DNA of 64,000 bases from Octopus vulgaris (lineage: Eukaryota). How positions within the stretch are numbered: position 1 is the first letter of the stretch; each line of letters opens with the position of its first letter. Position numbers and translations under genes: made by a program. This document shows, one piece after another, positions 57,074-64,000 of the stretch. The stretch covers positions 44,516,001-44,580,000 of the forward strand of contig OX597829.1 in assembly GCA_951406725.2 (NCBI GenBank), given 5' to 3'. The notes under the pieces were generated by a model, which saw only the letters and a list, made by a program, of their open reading frames with translations, was not told where the DNA came from and made no database searches.

Positions 57074-57433
57074 TCTTTATATATAAAAGTGAAGTTGTGT
57101 GTCTGTCTCCTACGATTTAGATTCCTAACTACTCCCACATTTTGCGGTGCAGTTTAACTAAAACCGGGTATCTTATAGTCGTGATTTATATCGAGCCCTT
57201 CTGGGTATTAGCGCGCGTCTACGATGAGTCTACGATTTTAAAAATATTTTACCATCATTTTTTTTCATTTTAATTCATTTTTTCGCTATTATATAAGGGA
57301 AGTAACTCTCAAAAATGTCTACGATGAGTCAACGATTTAAAAAAAAAATTACTATTTTTTGGCTATAACTCTCTAAAAATGCTTTATAGTTATTTCCCTT
57401 ACAAACCCGAGCAACGCCGGGCGATACTGCTAG
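57074..57433 (+). mobile_element. Non-autonomous Helitron, family E
   Basis: 5' TC, 3' hairpin and CTAG|T. Confidence 0.88.
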
Positions 57434-57565
57434 TATATATAAGCAATAATAAATCTCTGAACGAGATGTAAACAGTAACTGCTCGAGAACGTAAAGTATA
57501 CTAGCCATCTCAATACGGCGAACTATATTGAGATTGCTAGTATACAATACGTTATATATATATAA

Positions 57566-57949
57566 TCTCTCTCTATATAAACGGCAGTTTGTCTGTGCGT
57601 GTTTCTGTGTGTCTGTTTGGTTGTACCCTCACCCTGACCACGGCTTTCAACCGATTCTGATGAAACTTGACACACACATAGCCCAATGTCATAATTCAAA
57701 ACTAACGCAGCGAAAATTTTGAAAAGTTCCCCCACTTCTGAAAAAATCGATAAATTCGACATGGGGTTGAGAATCAGAAACCCAAACCACAGACCGTCTA
57801 GGGGACGCAACTCCACCTTTTTTAACTCTCAAAAAAAATTTACCATCATTTTTTTTCCATTTTTTTGCTATTTTTTGGCTATAACTCTCTAAAAATGCTT
57901 TATAGTTATTTCCCTTACAAACCTGAGCAACGCCGGGCGATACTGCTAG
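57566..57949 (+). mobile_element. Non-autonomous Helitron with family E 3' end and a different 5' half
   Basis: TCtctctctatataaacggcagtttgtctgtg 5' end; the last 120 bp or so match family E, including CTAG|T. Confidence 0.8.
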
Positions 57950-58056
57950 TTGTAACTAAATATGACTAGGGTGTTAAAACACCTACATTGCTAGAAATAA
58001 GAGCTAAAACTCTCTAATGTGGTAGTTAAAACAGATAAATGTATATATATAATCTG

Positions 58057-58124
<68 letters not shown>

Positions 58125-58164
58125 CTGACAGGGACTGTAATCGCTCAGAATCAACAGATGAGAA

Positions 58165-58218
58165 TTCCCTATATGATTCGGTCAATTTCCGCTGATATCA
58201 TAGCCTCATCAGTAGGAA
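58165..58218 (-). ncRNA. Type I hammerhead motif, canonical core, decayed stems
   Basis: ttccta CTGATGA ggct atgatatc agcg GAAA ttgaccgaatca TA tagggaa. Confidence 0.55.
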
Positions 58219-59203
58219 CCGCTCGACGCGGCTGATTCCAGGCGATTACATATATATATAAGGGTATGCGCGTGCGTGCGTGCGTGCGTGCGTGTGTGTG
58301 TTTATGTTTGAGTGCGTGTGTGTGCGTGTGTGTGTTTGTGTGTGCGTGTGTGCGTGTGTGTGTGTGTGTGCGTGTACGCATGTAAGTACCCGAGCTACTA
58401 AAATATCGTCCTTTATCGTGCTCTCGAGTACAGAACCTGCAACTGGAATAGCAAACATCCTACAGCAGACATGTACAACAGGTTAATTCTCCTTGCTGTA
58501 ATGTCAACTTTGTATTTCGCTTTTTAGCTCGAATGGGGACAGAACTACAAGACAGAATACTGCAATCGTTATATTCGATTTCAATAGCCGATGGCTCCAG
58601 TATGGCTTTAATTTTTATTCCTGAAACAGTAAACATAATTTAGGTAGAAAAATAAATAAGAGAATAAATCTTAAACGCACAGTTCGTAAAGCACTGGTAT
58701 TCCTAACGTTAGCACAATCCAAGTTTAATTTCGATCAACCAGAACTATGACCGAAGATGTTTCATCTATTACTAATGTGTTTGCTGCTTATCCGGAACTA
58801 CGTTGTCCACGATATGTTAGGAGCTACGTTACTGCATTTTCTAGCGGTTGCGTTCCGGAACGAAATAAGTGCTAAATTTTTTTTTTCAAACGTATGTTTA
58901 AGAGGATAGCATTTCCTTCACTCCTTAACAGCTCCTTCGCGTCTTTTATGTCTTCTAATGTGAGATTCATTGTCCAGCCGCTGGTGCGAAACCGCGCTTG
59001 TCTGGTTTGCTTGATGAATCATCATTTTTTCCCTTTTTGTTCCTCGTCCATGTCGTCGTTGTTCATGTCTGTATTTTTCTTGTTGCTGTCATGACTGAAA
59101 CAAATACGGAAACCATAATCGTATCTATGATTCCACTTACCACAACGTTATTTATTTCTCTATGTCCTTTTCCACAAGCGCATGTTACTATATCGCTGGA
59201 TAT

Positions 59204-59836
59204 ATATTTCTTTATTGCCCACAAGGGGCTAAATATAGAGGGGACAAGCAAGGACAGACAAAGGGATTAAGTCGATTACATCGACCCCGGTGCGTAACTG
59301 GTACTTAATTTATCTACCCCGAAAGGACGAAAGGCAAAGTCGATCTCAGCAGAATTTGAACTCAGAACGTAACGGCAGACGAAATACCGCTAAGCATTTT
59401 GCCCGGCGTGCTAACGCTTCTTATTTCTTTACTGCCCACAAGGGGCTAAACACAGAGAAGACAAACAAGGACAGACAAAGGGATTAAGTCGATTATATCG
59501 ACCCCAGTGCGTAACTGGTACTTAATTTATCGACCCCGAAAGGATGAAGGGCAAAGTCGACCTCGGCGGAATTTGAACTCAGAAAGTAACGGCAAACGAA
59601 ATACCAATTTCTTTACTACCCACAAGGGGCTAAACATAGGGGAGATAAACAAGGACAGACAGACGGATTAAGTCGATTATATCGACCCAAGTGCGTAACT
59701 GGTACTTAATTTATCGACCCCGAAAGGATGAAAGGCAAAGTCGACCTCGGTGGAATTTGAACTCAGAAAGTAACGGCAAACGAAATACCACTAAGCATTT
59801 CGCACGGCGTGCTAACGTTTCTGCCAGTTCGCTGCC
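59204..59836 (-). mobile_element. Three head-to-tail SINE family D copies
   Basis: Units start at about 59204, 59422 and 59607 with atttcttta(c/t)t(a/g)cccacaaggggctaaa. Confidence 0.9.
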
Positions 59837-59870
59837 CTGCTGTATTACTGAATATTACAAAATTCAACCG

Positions 59871-60453
59871 ATTGTTGAAAAGGAGCAGCAGAGTCGATCG
59901 TGTCAAACATCATTAATATTTATATTGCTAATTACTGATTTTAGTTGTACCAAATTATAATTAAGCAAAAAAAAAAAAAATCAACCGAGGCTGGTTTCGA
60001 ACCCGAAACCCAGAAAGATATATTTAAATATGGTTATACATTTAATGAGACGGTTTATATTCTTAACCACATCCACCGAACTGTGGTTTCCATCCATATT
60101 ATCATACAATGCAGCACTCACGTACGACTACATCTGGGATTCCATATATTCCTTTTACTTTTGGAATTTTTGTTGCGGTTCATTGAATGTTGTTAACTTT
60201 AGTTACGCGCCGACCCAGGTATGACGGCACGAGCAGTAGTTCATCTGTTTTTAGGGGCACTTTCTTGCTTCTCAGTCCGTTGCAAAACGCACTTCCACCA
60301 TACCGAAGCGCCCACCACTGGTTCGAAACCAACCTCAGTTGGGTTTTTTTTTTTTTTTGCTTAATCATAATTTGGTACAACTAAAATCAGTATTAGCAAT
60401 ACAAATGTTAGTGATGTTTGACACGATCGACTCTGCTGCTCCTTTTCAGCAAT
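59871..60453. repeat. Inverted repeat of about 133 bp per arm enclosing an antisense Tx1 ORF1 fragment
   Basis: Arms at 59871-60003 and 60320-60453; 60196-60318 is the reverse complement of 61480-61602. Confidence 0.88.
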
Positions 60454-60517
60454 TGACTGTTTTTATTTTCTGAATCCCTATTGGTGTTCTTTTGTTAAAA
60501 TGGGTTCTTTTGTTCCT

Positions 60518-60688
60518 GGCGTAGGAGTGGCTGTGTGGTACGTAGCTTGCTTTCCAACCACATGGTTCTGGGTTCAGTCCCACTGCGTGGCACCTTGGTC
60601 AACTGTCTTCTACTATAGCCTCGGGCCGACCAAAGCCTTGTGAGTGGATTTGGTAGACGGAAACTGACTGAAGCCCGTCGTATATATG

Positions 60689-60721
<33 letters not shown>

Positions 60722-60930
60722 TTTATGTGTCTGTTTGTCCCTGCCAACATCGCTTGACAACCGATGCTGGCGTGTTTCCGTCCCCGTAACTTAGCGGTTC
60801 GGAAAAAGAGACCGATAGAAAAAGTACTAGGCTTACAAAGAATAAGTCCTGGGGTCGATTTGCTCGACTAAAGGTGGTGCTCCAGCATGACCGCAGTCAC
60901 ATGACTGAAACAAGTAAAAGAGTAAAAGAG
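60518..60930 (+). mobile_element. SINE family A, full length
   Basis: Family A consensus. Confidence 0.9.
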
Positions 60931-60977
60931 AGAGTTATAAAGTATTTGTTTTTGTTTTTCGTCTAACGAAAAGCAAG

Positions 60978-63900
60978 ATGGATTCGTTTGTCGCGACGGG
61001 TGTCAGTGGCTGTTGTAGCAGCCATTACTGCGAAGATTTCCCTCCACTGAAAGCACCTGTTCCAGTACAAACGTACAAAGCAAAAGTATTCCAAATAGTC
61101 ACGACACAACTACAGACAGCAACAAGAAAAATACAGACATGAACAACGACGACATGGACAAGGAACAGAAAGAAAACAAAACGACGATTCATCAAGCAAG
61201 CCAGACAAGCGCGGTTTTGCACCGGCCGCTGGACAAACAAAGGAGCACATGAAACTCACATTAGAAGGCATAAAAAAAACGCGAAGGAGCTGTCAAGGAG
61301 GGAAGGAAACGCTATCCTTTTAAACGCTCTTCAAGGCTTAATTAGAGACACAAATAAACGAACTGTAATAAATAAATAAATGTCTAAACGTAAATTCAAA
61401 AATAGAGTGAAACGAGCTGCTCAATAACAGCTGAAATTGGCACTGAAGCCAATATGGAGCCCGAAGACTTACGCGACACGTGGTGGGCGCTTCGGTATGG
61501 TGGAAGTGCGTTTTGCAACGGAGTGAGAAGCAAGAAAGTACCCCTAAAAACAAATGAACTACTGCTCGTGCCGTCATACCTGGGTCGGCGCATAACTAAA
61601 GTGAAAATTGTAGAGGTGCCTCCGGAAATACGGATAAGCTGGCCGGTGGCGGCTGTCCTCTTAAAGATAGAGGACAGTGTCACAATATTAGAGGTGCATA
61701 AACTGCACCAGAAGGATTGCTCGGATCAGGGGTTGGAATTCCTTGTTCAAATTGAACAAGAGGCATTAAATTCAATCCCTGACTCAATAAACTTACCTGA
61801 CGGCATCAGACTACACGTGACTGTGGAGAGCAGGAGGCCGAGGTGCTATTATTGTGGAAACGATCAGCACCTCAAGGTCGACTGTCTCAAATACAAGGCG
61901 GTACGTAAGACGCTGCTACCGACACCTGAACCGGGGGCACCTCCAGTACAGCAGTAGCAGAAACCAACCCATACGCCAACACCATCACTCCCAGCAGCAA
62001 CAACAGCGACGCAGCCTCCAGCCGTCACAAGGGCACCACAACACCAACACCAACAACAAAGACACCAGCCGGAGTACCACCACCATCAGCCGGAGTACCG
62101 GTAGCTGTAACACCACCACCAACAGCTACTACAGCAGTAGCAGCAACAACAGAGGAACCCATAGAAAACCCCCCTTCCCAACCAAAACAACTCGGACTGT
62201 TTAAGTACTGAGGTCGAGAGGGGGGAGTGGCAGACAGTCCCACCCCACCAAAAAAAAAAGAAAAAGACAGTGGAAGAAAAAGGGGGAGGCGCAAACAAGA
62301 ACTTTCCAACAGCAGCAACACATGCACACACCAATCAACAACAACAATATCACTTCCACCAGCCCTACCACCTCAAACACCAACACCACCACAAACAGAT
62401 TCTACAAGTACTACAAACCTCACAGACATAAATTCAGAAAATATAGACCTAATCACATACTTAAGAGACAATACAAACACCACAATGACAGACTTTGTCT
62501 TCCCAACACATAACTCACCACTACCACACATACAAATTTTTTAAATGACACAACAAAATTACAACACAATAAAAACAATATTCCCGGAAGCTGTTGGGTC
62601 GCTCCAAAAGACTTTCTCAAAAAGAATATATAAAAGCCCCATGGAAACACCCACACGAAAGACCAAGTGTACCACCATACCAGACAACAGTGGTAAGTAC
62701 AACTCTTCGTCCTAAATTTATTTTAACATGGGGATGCTCAGAATATGTTGTATAAATGTCAGGGACCTCGGGTCGCCTTGGAAACAAGGTCACCTTTTAA
62801 ATGACCTGAGGTGCTTTAGTGTAGATGTAGCAGCCACCAGTAAATCCAGACTATCGGACCCATGGGATCTCATCACCCTTATCGGTGGATACGAGATTTT
62901 TCTATCTCCGTGTCGGCCGGGAGGGGGCGGCGGTGGTACTCTGGGGCTTTTCCGGAAAGGTCTGGATTTGAAAATATAGGCGGTTTTTCCTGGATCCAGA
63001 TGGTAAGTTGGTGGTCCTAGATGTGAAAAGCAGTGACGGCAGTGCTTTCACTCTGGTGCTGCGAATGCTCCGACAGGGGCAGGGTGATCTGATTACTTCA
63101 AGCGTCTGGAGGTTTTCCTGGGAACGTCTCGGACTTTAGTGTTAGTAGGGGATTGCAACGCTGTCCTAGATAGACGTTTCGATTGCGTGGGAGTATCTGA
63201 TAGTAGAGTTGGCTGTAAAAGCCTCAAAGACCTGCTCAGAAGTTTTCAATTGTCTGACAGGTACCGACTATATTACGCGAACATGCCAGTATGGACTTGG
63301 ACAAACCGCATCGTGTCATCTAGATCGTATTTGGATAGGGTATCCTATAGGCCAGCGGACAAGGATAGTATATGGTGTCCACAATTTCACATAGTCGGCT
63401 ACACATATCACAAATTTGTGATCTGTACGGTCAACTTAGATAGGCTTCATAGACAGGGTCCCGGTTACTGGAAGCTGAACACGTCGTTACCGGCGTGTGA
63501 AGCTTACAGAGACCGGATTAACGAATTAGTTAAGAGAGCGTTGACGGACGCAATTCTCAACAACGACTGGCGGTTGCTCTTACAAGGGCAATTAGAGTAA
63601 AATCAATTAGGTTTGGCAAGGCATTAGCGATAGAACGAAATAGAACAGCGGGTGATTTAGTTAGAAAGCTAGATGAGTTGCTTAGGACAAGCATCGCAAC
63701 CGACGTATTGACAGCGAGGTTAGCCCTCGACCAATTTTTCGACGCCAAACACGAAGGTTGCGTTGTTAGAGCTAAGGCACGTTCACTAAGACGAATGGTT
63801 GGACGGATAACAGGGCAGACTTCGGTGTGTACCTGGACGATCGAGGCGGAGTGCTGCGAAATGCGTATAACAGCTGCGGAGATACAGGAAGCGATGAAGA

Positions 63901-64000
63901 GCTGCACGAGAGGCAGATTGCCGGGTCTGGATAGTCTGCCCTACGAGCTTTATATTTCGATGCCAGACTTGTTTGCGGGCCCCTTAGCAGACGTCTACAG
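60978..64000 (+). mobile_element. Tx1/L1-clade LINE, decayed: ORF1 with CCHC knuckle, ORF2 APE endonuclease and start of RT
   Basis: ORF1 RRPRCYYCGNDQHLKVDC. ORF2 from 62728: CINVRDL.., LVGDCNAVLD, WTW..RSYLDRV, GPGYWKLNTSL, ITAAEIQEAMKSCTRGRLPGLDSLPYELY. Stops and frameshifts are present; the 5' boundary is approximate. Confidence 0.9.

Overview
Eukaryotic, AT-rich and extremely repeat-dense genomic DNA. The SINE families and the (TA)n/(TATG)n/(TAA)n/(GAT)n load resemble a cephalopod (Octopus-like) genome, which is an inference from sequence style. Nearly all ORFs in the supplied track are microsatellite artefacts. Recognisable content: decayed LINEs (two R4/Dong-type restriction-like-endonuclease 3' ends, a CR1/L2-type RT fragment, an RTE 3' end, and a Tx1/L1 element running off the right edge), two Penelope-like GIY-YIG remnants, a mariner fold-back derivative, six non-autonomous Helitrons, several MITE-like inverted repeats, at least four tRNA-derived SINE families, and two U2 snRNA 5' fragments. 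The most notable hidden signal is a set of about ten type I hammerhead ribozyme motifs in short elements embedded in (TA)n tracts. Two are canonical and covary between copies, and several carry unusual cores (G3/C8 swap, A6U, U4C). Many long fold-back duplications are also present, and there is one candidate first coding exon resembling a receptor N-terminus (52976-53099).
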